This document shows, piece after piece, positions 49,501-58,259 of a stretch of DNA of 64,000 nt (positions within the stretch are counted from its first letter, which is position 1; the number at the start of each line of letters is the position of its first letter). The notes below the pieces were generated by a model, which worked only from the letters and a program-made list of their open reading frames with translations, did no database searches and was not told where the DNA came from. Position numbers and translations under genes: made by a program. Source of the DNA: Eutreptiella sp. 'Long Island Sound 2002' (Eukaryota > Protista > Euglenida); contig OZ038378.1 of the NCBI GenBank assembly GCA_964036045.1, forward strand, positions 184,264,001-184,328,000, given 5' to 3'.

Positions 49501-52500
49501 CCCCATCATCCAGATTCACGGGAGCACCTCGGACCCCCCGTCCATCGTCTTCACACGGGAGGGGTACCGCTCGCTCCTCCACCTCAACCCCGCCTACTCC
49601 AATTTCATTAAGACCGTCATGGCCCGGTCGACGCTGCTGTACCTGGGCTTCAGCTTCACCGACGGCTATTTCAACGAAATCCGCTCGGAGCTGATGACGC
49701 TCCGCGAGCGCGCGGTGGAGGGCGGCGGCCAGCCCTTCAGCTACGCCGTCATCTGCGACAAGCCTCAGGTCTGTTGGGGTGCCCCTTCGGAGGAGGTGGC
49801 CGGCGGTGCGTGACGGATGTTGCATGTGCGGCGGCTGCCGCGTGAGGCCACAATTTCTGCCGGACACGAATGACAAGTCCGCTGCGTCCCGCCATGCGTT
49901 TTTGCTGTTGTCGAAGGCCGCCCGTAACGACTGCCCCGGTGCCCCTGGGGTTCTGCCCGGCCTTCGGTCGCATCCCGACTGCCTTCGGAGGCTGTCCCAT
50001 CAACCCGCTTTGCTCATGGGCGGACCATGCGCCGATCTTGAGGCGCAGAGTTGGTACGGGGGGTTCCTGACGAACGAGATGTGTGTGTTTTTCTCAAGGG
50101 AGCATCCCGCTAAGGACAGCCCTCGGGCCTCGGGGCCGGCGGTTCACCGCCAACCGCTGGCGGTTGGTGGTCAGCAGCACAGTCGCATTAATGAATGGCA
50201 TGCATTCCCTTATAAAATGTCCGTCACAGCGTGCCACCGGTAGCCATCACAATGACCGCAGACGCAGAATTGGAGAATAGGATACGAAAGGACGTTTTTG
50301 CAGCCTCTAGCCTAGGGCCCGTAATTGTTGTTCATCGAGTGAACGCCCACATGTATCCTTTTTATTGTTTGGTAACACAAGTCCAAAGGCTCACAGTGTC
50401 CGTCCAACTCAGGAAACCATCCCGTACCAATCGGTCCCCCACGTCCCAGTTCATGAGTCTTCTCTTTGCGCTCGACAGACTGTAGACGGATGTGCCACTC
50501 GATGATTGGAGACCGTGTGGGGTGCCTGACTGCCTTCTCCCGGGCGGTGTTTGCGCGTTTGTGGGGTTTGTGGGGTCACGCGTAAGTCAACGTCATTGTC
50601 TTTGTTTTTGCGGGAAGGACCCCCCTGAATTTGAGGCCGCAGGCGCCGGAATGTGTTTCCACTTACAATTCCGCTCGAACGCTTTTCGCTGCCGCCCCAG
50701 ACAAAGGGCCAATGCTGCGTAACACTGTCCAACCGCTGGGCGCCATGTAGCGGACGCCGGGTGCTTTCCTTTCGTTGTTGTCGCTGTTTAAGACCGCCCC
50801 GCCTGCCCCGGGCGCTGCGCCCGTTCGCTTGACTGCGTGTGGCAGGCGGTGCGCAGCTTCTACAACAATCACGAGGGGGTCCACTTGTTCTCCTGGAAGC
50901 CGAAGGATCACGGTTTTGGGGTCATGGACCGATACCTGGACGGCATCTTCCGCGGCACGCACCTCGCGGCCGCCCTTTCGCACTGCACAGTGATGCTCTT
51001 CAACCCCAAATCGCACACGGCGTTCTTCGCGGACGGGCAGCGGCTGGAGGTATTCGTGTGGGCCCTGGGGTTGTGTCCCGCGGGCCCCATATTTTTGTGC
51101 ACCCTCTCTGCGCCCCCGTCGTATCCCCTGTGCTCTCCGTGAGCCCCTTTTGGTTGATTTTGTGCCTCTCAGAACTCTCCCAAAGAACTGCGCTCGTCGA
51201 ACAGCCGTAGAACGGACGGTACCAGACAGCGGTTGGCGGGTAATAGACGGTACCTTGTGGCTAATCGGTGAGTCCCCTGCTGACCGATGGCGGATTTTCC
51301 CGCAGGGGTACAGTGGAGGCATGGAATGAGGCCTGGCGCTCGGTGTCCCCGCGTACATGTGCTGTGTGCCCTCTTGTGTTCTGTGTTGCCCCTTGTTTTG
51401 TGGTGCTCGGCCTCTGTGCCCCTTGTGTGCCCCTATGCGCCCTGCGTGCCCGCTGCGTGTGCCCCTGTGCCTCTGTGTGTCCCCTTGTGTGCCCAGTTGT
51501 TTTGGGGTGCCCAACCGCCCCCTGCCTGACCTTCATGCGCCCCGTGCGTGCCCAGGTGTTGACGAAGGTCGACATGCTGATCGAGTGCCTGCCGTGGTTC
51601 TTGTCGCCGGAGCGCTTCTCCAAAAGGGTCATCAAGGGCACCATCAAGGACGAGTTCTCCACCGAACACCTGGTCCTTGTGAAGCTGAAGTGCCGCCTGC
51701 TGGATGACACTGGCAAGCCCCTGAGCACTGTCTTCTCCGACGTCCTGGGCAAAGAAGTCATGGAGGGCAAGCCCTTCTTCATTCCGCAGGAGTACATTCG
51801 ACCCGTGGATGGGGGCTCAAAGATTGACGGGGTTCTGTGTTGCCATCACCAACATGTGCCCTGTGGCAGTACGTGGGCGGGGCGCAGGGGTAGTGAGGGA
51901 ACCAGACCTCTGCACCTCTGTTGGGGGTTTGGGGGGAGCTGACATGGTGCCATTCGCCAGCACTGTCTGCACCCCATTGAATGCCACAGGAACACTACAA
52001 ATGAGGAAAGACCACTTCAGCACTTCTGCAACTTCCATGGGAAATTAATCATCATTAACCAAATCCTCTGGCACGTGGCACAAGTGAGCAAAGGCACAGC
52101 CTAACGTATACCCGTGCAAATCCTGAAAAATACCGAACAAATTATCTACAAAAATTTCGCACAGAATTTGTACCGCGGGAATTCTACCCTGCATACCCCC
52201 CCCCCCCCCTATTGCCAAGCAATTTCCTGCCAGGAACAATAGAGAATGGAGGGCTACAACAACAAAAACGGTGGGTCGTGCCCCGAACCGGGCGGCTCAA
52301 CGGGCTGCAACCAGGTTGCTAGCGACGGCGACGAGGATAAAGTCCTCCAGGAAACAACAGCAACCGTCCACTGTTTCTCATGAGCAACTTTTGCCACCCC
52401 GGCATGATTTGTCTGCTCATTTTTAAGAAATGGCACGGGTTTTGTCGCGCCAGAATTTGTAGACCCAGATTGGCCTAGACACGGAATGCCCCCCCCCCCC

Positions 52501-54877
52501 CCCCGCGGTAACAATGTGCCCTCTCCCAGCCCCAGTCCCTGGTTTGGTGGTTGGGTGGCCGGGTGCATGGGTGGATGGGTGGATTGTTGAGGTAGTCGGG
52601 CCGTTCAGATCGGGCCAAATCAGACGCCTGCTGCGGTATGACCGCCAACCCACGTCCGCAGACCCCCTGGGACGCCTGGACGTACCCCCACCCCCCTCCC
52701 ATACCAGCGAGAGGGCACTACATCTCCCGCACGGTTCGACAGGGCACGGAGGTGTGTCTGGACCCCGCACAGCTCCAGAACCTGCACGAGGACTACGAGC
52801 TGGGCATCGACGTGGACCTCCTGCACTACCTCATCCCCTTCGGCCTCTGCGTGCTGGACACGCGCTGCTACGCCGTCGTGCTGGACGACGCCCCCGGGCC
52901 GCCCGTCCTGCTGCCGGGGCGGCTGCTGCGGCTGGAGCGCAAGGGCAAGCAGCCCGTGTCGCTGAAGGAGGTGGCCAAGCGCGTGACGGAGCGCATCACC
53001 CGCGACTGCGGCAGCAGCATGTCGCTGATCATGCGGAAGAAGGGGCGCGCGATGGCGAAGGAAGAGCTGGTGCTGCGGCTGTTGGAGCAGATGCAGGCGC
53101 AGATGACGGACGAGATGGACCACACGATGGAGACCATTACGGAGGTCCCTCCTTTCTCCGAGTGCCCCCATCTCTTTGGCGGGGATTTGTGACGGGGCTG
53201 ACCGGAGGGCTCCACAGGGCCCTCCACATTTGCATGCCATATTGCTGGCTGTACAACCACCACAACCATGAAAACCCCATTCAGCCATTGCCGTGTCTAC
53301 ATCTACGTCCCCTCCTCCCATCCCATGCCAAACCCCTCCCCCCTCATGAGAAACCCCCCCCTTTAACAAGATTGTTGGGATGGGACCCCCCATGCCAAAG
53401 TAAAATGGCGGATGCCCCCAACGTCATGCCCCAATGGGCCTTGCAGACAGGGGGTATCACCCATGACCAGAAAATCACTCAACCGGACCGCCTGTCACCG
53501 GTGCATAGCACGCCATAGGTAGTGGGTCCTTGTCTCAAATTGCAAAACAGATGTACCGAGAAGAATTGTGATCCTGCAATACCCAGAATTGCCACTGTCT
53601 CCATGACCCTCAGTGTCCGTGACACACATCAATATTCACAGGGGCCCCGAGATCAGCTGCGGTATGATTGCAGGAGAGAGCTCGTGGCCATAGACTACAG
53701 ACACATTTTTTTCTCCAAAGGTGACAGGGACATGTGAGAGCGCAGGAAAGAACGTGGTGAGCACTTCGGTGTGTGGTGGGTTAGACATGGCGTGCTGCAC
53801 GCATGCGTTGCTACATCGACAAATGTCGCCAGCCGATGGCCCAAGCCTGCCCCAGGGCCTCTCAGGGGCGTTTTTCACTCTGAATTTCTTGAAATCTTCG
53901 TCCTCATTGTCCGGGGCGACCATCGTTGCATGATTTATAACAAAAGCGCAGCTTGCTTTTCACCCACAAAGCCCCTACATTGGCCTTTGTGCATGATGGC
54001 CTGTGTGTGTGGCAACATCTTTGTCCAAACAACACTGGGTGTTGTTCTCATGCATTTCTTGGCTCCAACCGTTGTGTCCCCTCCCCTCGCCACACCACAC
54101 CTTGCCTCACCTCACCTCCACGTCCACCTCACTCCACCTCACCTCGCCTCACCCCACCTCACCTCACCTCACCTCACCTCACCTCACCTCACCTCACCTC
54201 ACCTCACCTCACCTCACCTCACCTCACCTCCAGCTCCACCTCACCTCACCTCACCTCCACCTCACCTCACCTCACCTCACCTCACCTCACCTCACCTCAC
54301 CTCACCTCACCTCACCTCACCTCACCTCACCTCACCTCACCTCACCTCACCTCACCTCACCCGACCTCCAGCTCCACCTCACCTCACCTCACCTCACCTC
54401 ACCTCACCTCACCTCACCTCACCTCACCTCACCTCACCTCACCTCACCTCACCTCACCTCACCTCACCTCACCTCACCTCACCTCAGGGCTGGTGACCTG
54501 GCACCAGTCTAAAAACCCTCAGGATGGTAGCTGTAGGACGGATTGCCTACACGCACTGCCACGCTCGACACCAATCGTGAATCGTCGTGATAGTCGTGCC
54601 ACCACGTGACTCAGCTCTGCCATCGTGGCCCCCTCTCCGCTCAACTCCACCCGTATGGTGCACTCTCTCTCTCCCTCTTCATCCCGTGTCTCCAAGGGCT
54701 GAGTGCCGCACCTCAAGTGCGTCCCTCCCCCTTGCAAGCCGTTTCCTGCTCACAGTGGGCACGTCGTTATACGTTCGGCTCTGGCAAGACGTCGACCTCG
54801 CCGTGGCAATCTTCCAGGCCGCTACGCGGGGAGCCGCGACGGGGACTGCATTCGACGTATCCGCCGCTCAAGCGTGA
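16294..54877 (+). CDS. Giant multi-exon gene (25 exons, ~8010 nt CDS, ~2669 aa): repeat domain x4 + PDZ + PARG/macro-like + ankyrin + C2-like + SIR2_2 NADase-like protein
   Basis: GC3-rich blocks bounded by AG/GT join in one continuous reading frame from ATG 16294 to TGA 54875-54877, with intron phases matching at all 24 junctions. Motifs continue across junctions (e.g. HEFSSRNG|[14 protein letters not shown]|CGYNERY, HSVCQ|ALVV). Confidence 0.8.
16566..17163 (+). CDS. Exon 2: aromatic repeat copy 1 (FAWANP...GGYVYFD...VTAL)
   Basis: ACACAG| acceptor, open GC3-rich frame (ORF 16592..17167), phase-2 donor CG|GTAG. Confidence 0.85.
17228..17282 (+). CDS. Exon 3 (55-nt micro-exon, [18 protein letters not shown])
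   Basis: TTCCAG| acceptor and consensus |GTGAGT donor; converts phase 2 to phase 0 exactly as needed between exons 2 and 4. Confidence 0.75.
18516..19094 (+). CDS. Exon 4: repeat copy 2 + PDZ domain
   Basis: CCCAG|GTC...CAG|GTG. LGVQLEF...[18 protein letters not shown]...[11 protein letters not shown] (~18813-19014) matches the HtrA-type PDZ pattern. Confidence 0.9.
19759..20235 (+). CDS. Exon 5: repeat copy 3
   Basis: TCTCAG|GGG...CAG|GTGCGT; contains VFAYP...[10 protein letters not shown]. Confidence 0.88.
21384..21910. repeat. Compound microsatellite (AGC)n-(ACCAAG)n-(ACCAAC)n-(ACC)n, intronic
   Basis: Direct reading; ends about 6 nt before the exon 6 acceptor junction. Confidence 0.97.
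21917..22315 (+). CDS. Exon 6: repeat copy 4
   Basis: CTGCAG|GCG...GAG|GTACAG; contains LAWTP...[11 protein letters not shown]. Confidence 0.88.
23778..24397 (+). CDS. Exon 7 (unassigned region)
   Basis: CACCAG|GTG, ORF 23778..24401, phase-2 donor CG|GTGAGC. Confidence 0.9.
24461..24645. repeat. (GGAGGGCTGT)n 10-bp tandem repeat
   Basis: About 18 units, direct reading. Confidence 0.97.
25116..25638 (+). CDS. Exon 8 (helical region leading into the macro-like domain)
   Basis: CCCAG|G phase-2 acceptor; donor CTG|GTGTGC chosen for phase 0 (alternative at 25677). Confidence 0.8.
26548..26868 (+). CDS. Exon 9: macro/PARG-like motifs [10 protein letters not shown] and LLPMGLG
   Basis: CGTAG|GTG...CAG|GTGTGT (alternative phase-0 donor at 26799). 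Confidence 0.85.
27136..27379. repeat. (CACCA)n pentanucleotide repeat
   Basis: Direct reading. Confidence 0.98.
28372..28635 (+). CDS. Exon 10: macro/PARG-like ([10 protein letters not shown]...ITIPAD...GLIGSWWE)
   Basis: GCACAG|GTG...GAG|GTTCAA, 88 codons, GC3-rich. Confidence 0.87.
30529..30828 (+). CDS. Exon 11 ([18 protein letters not shown]...)
   Basis: TCTCAG|TGC...CAG|GTGTGG, 100 codons. Confidence 0.87.
31915..32280 (+). CDS. Exon 12 (unassigned alpha/beta region)
   Basis: ATGCAG|GTC...CAG|GTGCTG, 122 codons, GC3-rich. Confidence 0.88.
32586..32740. mobile_element. ~155-bp hairpin/MITE-like element with ~50-bp imperfect inverted arms
   Basis: GGTGGTACAAGCTCCT..GGTTGGGGTGCCAAC..GCTGAAGTAACT (32590-32638) is the reverse complement, apart from a few mismatches, of 32687-32735. 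Confidence 0.75.
34720..35064 (+). CDS. Exon 13: two ankyrin-like repeats
   Basis: GGCCAG|GTG...AAG|[32 protein letters not shown] is a canonical ANK pattern; the second copy ends [10 protein letters not shown]. Confidence 0.9.
35345..35620. repeat. Degenerate ~30-bp tandem repeat (CATCCAAAAGCCTCCAAG-like)
   Basis: Recurring CATCCA...AGCCTC units. Confidence 0.6.
37191..37490 (+). CDS. Exon 14 (Trp-rich, unassigned)
   Basis: TCACAG|GCG...CGG|GTGTGT, 100 codons. Confidence 0.87.
37611..37785. repeat. (GGGAT)n pentanucleotide repeat
   Basis: Direct reading. Confidence 0.97.
39592..39705 (+). CDS. Exon 15
   Basis: GATCAG|GAC...ACG|GTACTA, 38 codons ([23 protein letters not shown]...). Confidence 0.75.
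40104..40129. repeat. (TG)n microsatellite
   Basis: Direct reading. Confidence 0.95.
40489..40530. repeat. (TG)n microsatellite
   Basis: Direct reading. Confidence 0.97.
42506..42843 (+). CDS. Exon 16: first part of a C2-like domain
   Basis: CGTCAG|GGC...GG|GTGTGC (phase 2); [11 protein letters not shown]...[25 protein letters not shown]. Confidence 0.85.
44284..44581 (+). CDS. Exon 17: end of C2-like domain and helix preceding SIR2
   Basis: CCCCAG|G phase-2 acceptor, GGG|GTGTGA donor. Confidence 0.85.
45539..45922 (+). CDS. Exon 18: SIR2_2 N-terminal motif [21 protein letters not shown]
   Basis: CATCAG|GTG...AAG|GTGGCC, 128 codons; GxGxS...LPxW motif. Confidence 0.92.
46118..46385. repeat. 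AT-rich foldback-like block: TTTTCCAACAAA-type units in the left half, inverted TTTGTTGGAAAA-type units in the right half
   Basis: The left-end sequence aligns with the reverse complement of the right end. Confidence 0.6.
47992..48144 (+). CDS. Exon 19: SIR2_2 motif ILTTNYD
   Basis: GTTCAG|ATG...GAG|GTCCGT; TTNYD at 48106-48120. Confidence 0.9.
49355..49768 (+). CDS. Exon 20: SIR2_2 core (IHGS...IVFTREGY...[10 protein letters not shown])
   Basis: TTCCAG|GAC...CAG|GTCTGT; IHGS 49514-49525, LGFSFTD 49643-49663. Confidence 0.93.
50846..51049 (+). CDS. Exon 21: end of the SIR2_2 domain
   Basis: TGGCAG|GCG...GAG|GTATTC; [13 protein letters not shown]...MDRYL fits the terminal strand-helix of SIR2_2. 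Confidence 0.87.
51556..51831 (+). CDS. Exon 22 (unassigned)
   Basis: GCCCAG|GTG; donor GGG|GTTCTG is approximate. Confidence 0.8.
52743..53144 (+). CDS. Exon 23 (unassigned, helical end)
   Basis: CGACAG|GGC (the acceptor may lie slightly upstream)...GAG|GTCCCT; GC3-rich. Confidence 0.83.
53642..53720 (+). CDS. Exon 24 ([26 protein letters not shown]), tentative
   Basis: TCACAG|GGG...AAAG|GTGACA; phase 0 to 1, linking exon 23 to the tentative last exon. Confidence 0.5.
54105..54486. repeat. (CTCAC)n pentanucleotide repeat
   Basis: Direct reading. Confidence 0.98.
54756..54877 (+). CDS. Exon 25, tentative terminal exon ([25 protein letters not shown]...QA*)
   Basis: TTTCCTGCTCACAG| acceptor, phase 1, stop TGA 54875-54877. 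Confidence 0.5.
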
Positions 54878-55232
54878 CGCCTTGTGCAGGGGTATCATCA
54901 GTCGTCCGATTCGTCGTCCCAACGTGGGGCCCCTCGCTCCCGTGCGCCACTAGGGTTGCAGCACCACGCGCCAGCGCGGTGCTCCCCTCGCACCCCCGCC
55001 CTGTGTGTCCTGGGACCCCCGCTCACCGACCCGGTCCGCCAGGCGGCCCCATGTTACTCCGCGCCATCGCGCCATGCTCTTTGTTTTGTCACACTATGGC
55101 CACGCTCGTGGTACCCCTTGTTTCTCTCCTGCGCGCCCCATCCGACTGGGGCTGCCTATGATGTCAGTGCACCTCCGTTTGCCGACACCTCGATCTGCTC
55201 CCCCCCCCCAACATATTGCGGCCACAGGCCAC

Positions 55233-55252
55233 CCGCTCTTTTCTCGCCACAG
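55233..55252 (+). promoter_or_regulatory. Pyrimidine tract + CAG splice-acceptor-like site 5 nt upstream of the LINE ORF1 ATG
   Basis: CCGCTCTTTTCTCGCCACAG|CTACCATG read directly from the sequence. Confidence 0.5.
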
Positions 55253-55257
55253 CTACC

Positions 55258-58251
55258 ATGTCAGACCGCTCAACACCGTCCCAGGACACCCCCTCTCCCG
55301 CCCCCGACACCGGTCGAGGCGGCGCCATTCGTCGGGGGCCGTTCCCCATGTTTCTGATGGACATCGCCCAGTCCGACGATGCTGACCGTCTGCTGCGAGA
55401 ACTGGACATGCTGAAGGATGACGCACTGGAAGCGGCAGATACGGCTATCCAGGCCACCGACCCCGCCCTGGCTGACTTGTGTGATGCCCTGCGATGGACG
55501 GCTGCCAACGGCGACATCCAGGCTATTACAGCGGTGACGGGGGTGTGGACGCCGCGGGGGCTCCTGCTCACAGCCACCGTAACGGTCGCCGCAGGCCCGT
55601 CTGACACGAAGGTCATCGAACACGTCCCCCTGTCGCTGGTACAAGGAGGCCCACTGCTGGAGTATATCTCCAAGGACCCTGAGGCCCTCACAGCGGCTCT
55701 CGTCACGCGGTGGAGCCCAAGCCATGCCCCAATCTCGGCGTCACGCCTCCGCAGCCAAGTCTTCAAGGGCCTGTACACAGCCCGCGAACAGCCACCGCCC
55801 GTCGACACTGCCGGCCCTCCGGACATCCAAAGCCAGAAGGTCTCCCACAAGATCCACAAGCCCATCAGCCAGTTCCTTGCCCCCCACCTCAGACCGTCAT
55901 GGGACCGCCTCCGCACCCGAGAGGTAGTTGCGACCTTTTGGGCGCTACCCAACGACGTGCATGCGGTCCTGCAGGCAGCCCACATCCCGACAGCAGACCT
56001 CGTCTCGCTGAAGTTCGGGCTCCTGGCGTGGGCCTCCTCCGTCTGCCTCACAGGACAGTACACGCCAGCCCCCGTTCCCACACCCCCCGCCCTCGCCAAC
56101 AAGGGCATGTGGACCCCCGAGCAGCTGCGGCCGCTGCTCGAATGCTCGATCTTGCCGATCCGCAGCGTGGAGCTGCTTCATCAGATCGAGCAAGCTGGCG
56201 AGCACTCCTGGGCCACAGCCCCCACTTTCGCCCTGCTGCAGGCCGGCATCGCCGACACCGCCAACCCGCCCCCGCTCACGCCGCCCAGCCACGCACCTTA
56301 CCTCACCAAAGGGCAAGCAGCACCCAGCCCCGCCGGCACTCTGTTCGCCACGGCGGCGTTCACCCCAGCGTCAGCCCTGTACAAGGCCCAGGGCAAGCCC
56401 ACCCCCTCAGGGTCCGAACCATCGCCTTCATCACTGTTGCCCGAACAGACAAGGCTTTCTTTCAATCTCCCAGAGCCTGCCTCCCAGGTACCACCGGCTG
56501 CCGCAGACCCCACGCCTCCGGAGTCACCGGCCCCGGCCGTCGAGTCGGCCCCCCCCAGCCCCTCCCAGGTGGGGGAGCCTTTCGTCCCGGACCTGGATGT
56601 CACGGCCTACTCCACCGACTACGCTCAATTGCATGACGAGTATGAAGCCCAACGACGGGAGCTGGCCGTGGCACGGGGCGACCTGGAGTCCCTCACGCGG
56701 GATCTGGACACGGTGCGCACCGAACGGGATAATGCCCAGCAGCAGGCCCAGCGTTGCGCCGCGGCACAGCGGCAGACCGAAGCCGTTAGGCTCAACAACT
56801 TCATCAGGTTGGTACCCCCCCTCCTGTCCATCGCCACCAGACTCCACGGCCTCCAGTCCACGCCGCCGGCATTCGCCAACGCCGTGCGCAGTACCGTTCC
56901 GGCTTCATTCGAGCTGCCTCCCCCCGGCTCTCAGCAGTTCCTGGTCCTCGTGCCGGTCATCCTCGCCGCAGCAGTTCTCACCTCGCCCCAGGCACCCAAC
57001 CTCGAGGAATTGGCCGACGTCCTCCGTAGGGCTATGGCCGCGCCAGGCGCCGTGCCGGTCCCGGAGGCCCCTGCGCGTGCGCCCGAACTGTCGTTCGCTG
57101 TCCCGGACCCGATCCCTAAGCCGAGGGCGGTCTCTGCCTTTCGGGCACCGGGCGCGACCGCCCAGCCGCCGCCGTCTCTGCCGTCGCCTGCTGATGCCGC
57201 CCTGACCGACCTGCTGGAGTGGATCCCGGAGATCCCCAAGGGCTGTGAGGACGAGGTTGCGCACGCGCTCCACCTCCAGCTCTTCCGCCAGTACGGCGCG
57301 AAGGTCAACACCCTCCCGCAGTCGCCGATCCGGGAGCAGTGGGCCTGGGTCCACAGCCACGCGCCCAGCCTGCCCGGCATCGCGGAAGTCCTGCGCTCCT
57401 TCCTCTCCAACCCCCCTGCAGTCCAGCGGGTTTCCGCCAGCCCAGCCACCTCCCCATCAGAAGCTGCAGCCGCCAACCAGGCACAGGGCGCAGCGAAAAA
57501 GAAGGGGTATACACCCCAAAAAATCGATCCGCAAGTTTACTCGAAAGCCCTGTGGGTCGGCTGGCAAGAAGTCGACGATCCGCCGTCCGGTGAAGTTGAT
57601 GCAGGACTCCTCGGTGGTATCCTTCGGGATAAATTTGGTGCAGGCCTTTCCTCCATTACTGAAGAACAATTGAACCATACATCCAAGTTCACAATCGTCG
57701 GAATCCGACCAGCAGAGTACGAGCGCGGCATGCGACTGACGAGGCAACACACGGCTCGTGGCTGGCGAGTGACGTGGGCCGAATCGAAGAAACAACCGTT
57801 CACGCCCTGGGTGCCTGACCCTGACCGAGACCATCCGCCCCGGAAGACTCATCGGGGAAGCCGCGGGAAGCAGCGCCGTCCACGGGACCCTGACGATCAG
57901 GTGGACCTTACGGCAACGTCGGGATCGGACGGAGAACCAGACTCCAAATATCAGCGCAGGTACAGCCCCCGCCGCTCGGACCGGTCCCCGTCCCGCCGCC
58001 GCAGCCCAGGCCATCGCCGCGACAGCCCGCCGCCGAGGCGTCGCAGCGCGTACCGCGATGAGCCACAAGCGCTTTCCAGCCGCCACGACCACCATGCAGC
58101 AGCCCCCCTCCTGCCCTACCCGTACTCGGGGGACCCCCACGACCCCCGAGTGGCCATGGCCCACAACCCCTACGCTCCCCCGCCCTGGAGCCCCCCAGCC
58201 GACCCCCACCGCTACCAGCCGTACTTCGGTCGGCATCCGCGGGACCGGTAA
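55258..58251 (+). CDS. LINE ORF1 (~997 aa from ATG 55258): Pro-rich, coiled coil, RRM-like segment, RS-rich tail
   Basis: ORF track 55216..58251 starts at TTG; the first ATG at 55258 follows a pyrimidine tract + CAG. Coiled coil ~56620-56800; ALWVGW...KFTIVGI...WRVTWA ~57547-57786; RS-rich 57950-58060. Confidence 0.88.
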   Translation: MSDRSTPSQDTPSPAPDTGRGGAIRRGPFPMFLMDIAQSDDADRLLRELDMLKDDALEAADTAIQATDPALADLCDALRWTAANGDIQAITAVTGVWTPRGLLLTATVTVAAGPSDTKVIEHVPLSLVQGGPLLEYISKDPEALTAALVTRWSPSHAPISASRLRSQVFKGLYTAREQPPPVDTAGPPDIQSQKVSHKIHKPISQFLAPHLRPSWDRLRTREVVATFWALPNDVHAVLQAAHIPTADLVSLKFGLLAWASSVCLTGQYTPAPVPTPPALANKGMWTPEQLRPLLECSILPIRSVELLHQIEQAGEHSWATAPTFALLQAGIADTANPPPLTPPSHAPYLTKGQAAPSPAGTLFATAAFTPASALYKAQGKPTPSGSEPSPSSLLPEQTRLSFNLPEPASQVPPAAADPTPPESPAPAVESAPPSPSQVGEPFVPDLDVTAYSTDYAQLHDEYEAQRRELAVARGDLESLTRDLDTVRTERDNAQQQAQRCAAAQRQTEAVRLNNFIRLVPPLLSIATRLHGLQSTPPAFANAVRSTVPASFELPPPGSQQFLVLVPVILAAAVLTSPQAPNLEELADVLRRAMAAPGAVPVPEAPARAPELSFAVPDPIPKPRAVSAFRAPGATAQPPPSLPSPADAALTDLLEWIPEIPKGCEDEVAHALHLQLFRQYGAKVNTLPQSPIREQWAWVHSHAPSLPGIAEVLRSFLSNPPAVQRVSASPATSPSEAAAANQAQGAAKKKGYTPQKIDPQVYSKALWVGWQEVDDPPSGEVDAGLLGGILRDKFGAGLSSITEEQLNHTSKFTIVGIRPAEYERGMRLTRQHTARGWRVTWAESKKQPFTPWVPDPDRDHPPRKTHRGSRGKQRRPRDPDDQVDLTATSGSDGEPDSKYQRRYSPRRSDRSPSRRRSPGHRRDSPPPRRRSAYRDEPQALSSRHDHHAAAPLLPYPYSGDPHDPRVAMAHNPYAPPPWSPPADPHRYQPYFGRHPRDR

Positions 58252-58259
58252 CCCGGGAC

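Noticed and set aside
53145-53192. Gene ending by read-through of exon 23 to the stop at 53190-53192
   Set aside because: Codon bias drops right after a GAG|GT donor, and two phase-compatible downstream exons exist; remains a possible alternative.
54487-55257. Possible HDV-like ribozyme or Pr77-like signature at the LINE 5' end
   Set aside because: Local hairpins exist (CTGGTG/CACCAG, TGTAGG/CCTACA, GGG-CCCCTCGCT-CCC), but I could not build the P1/P1.1/P2 double pseudoknot by eye. A covariance-model search would settle it.
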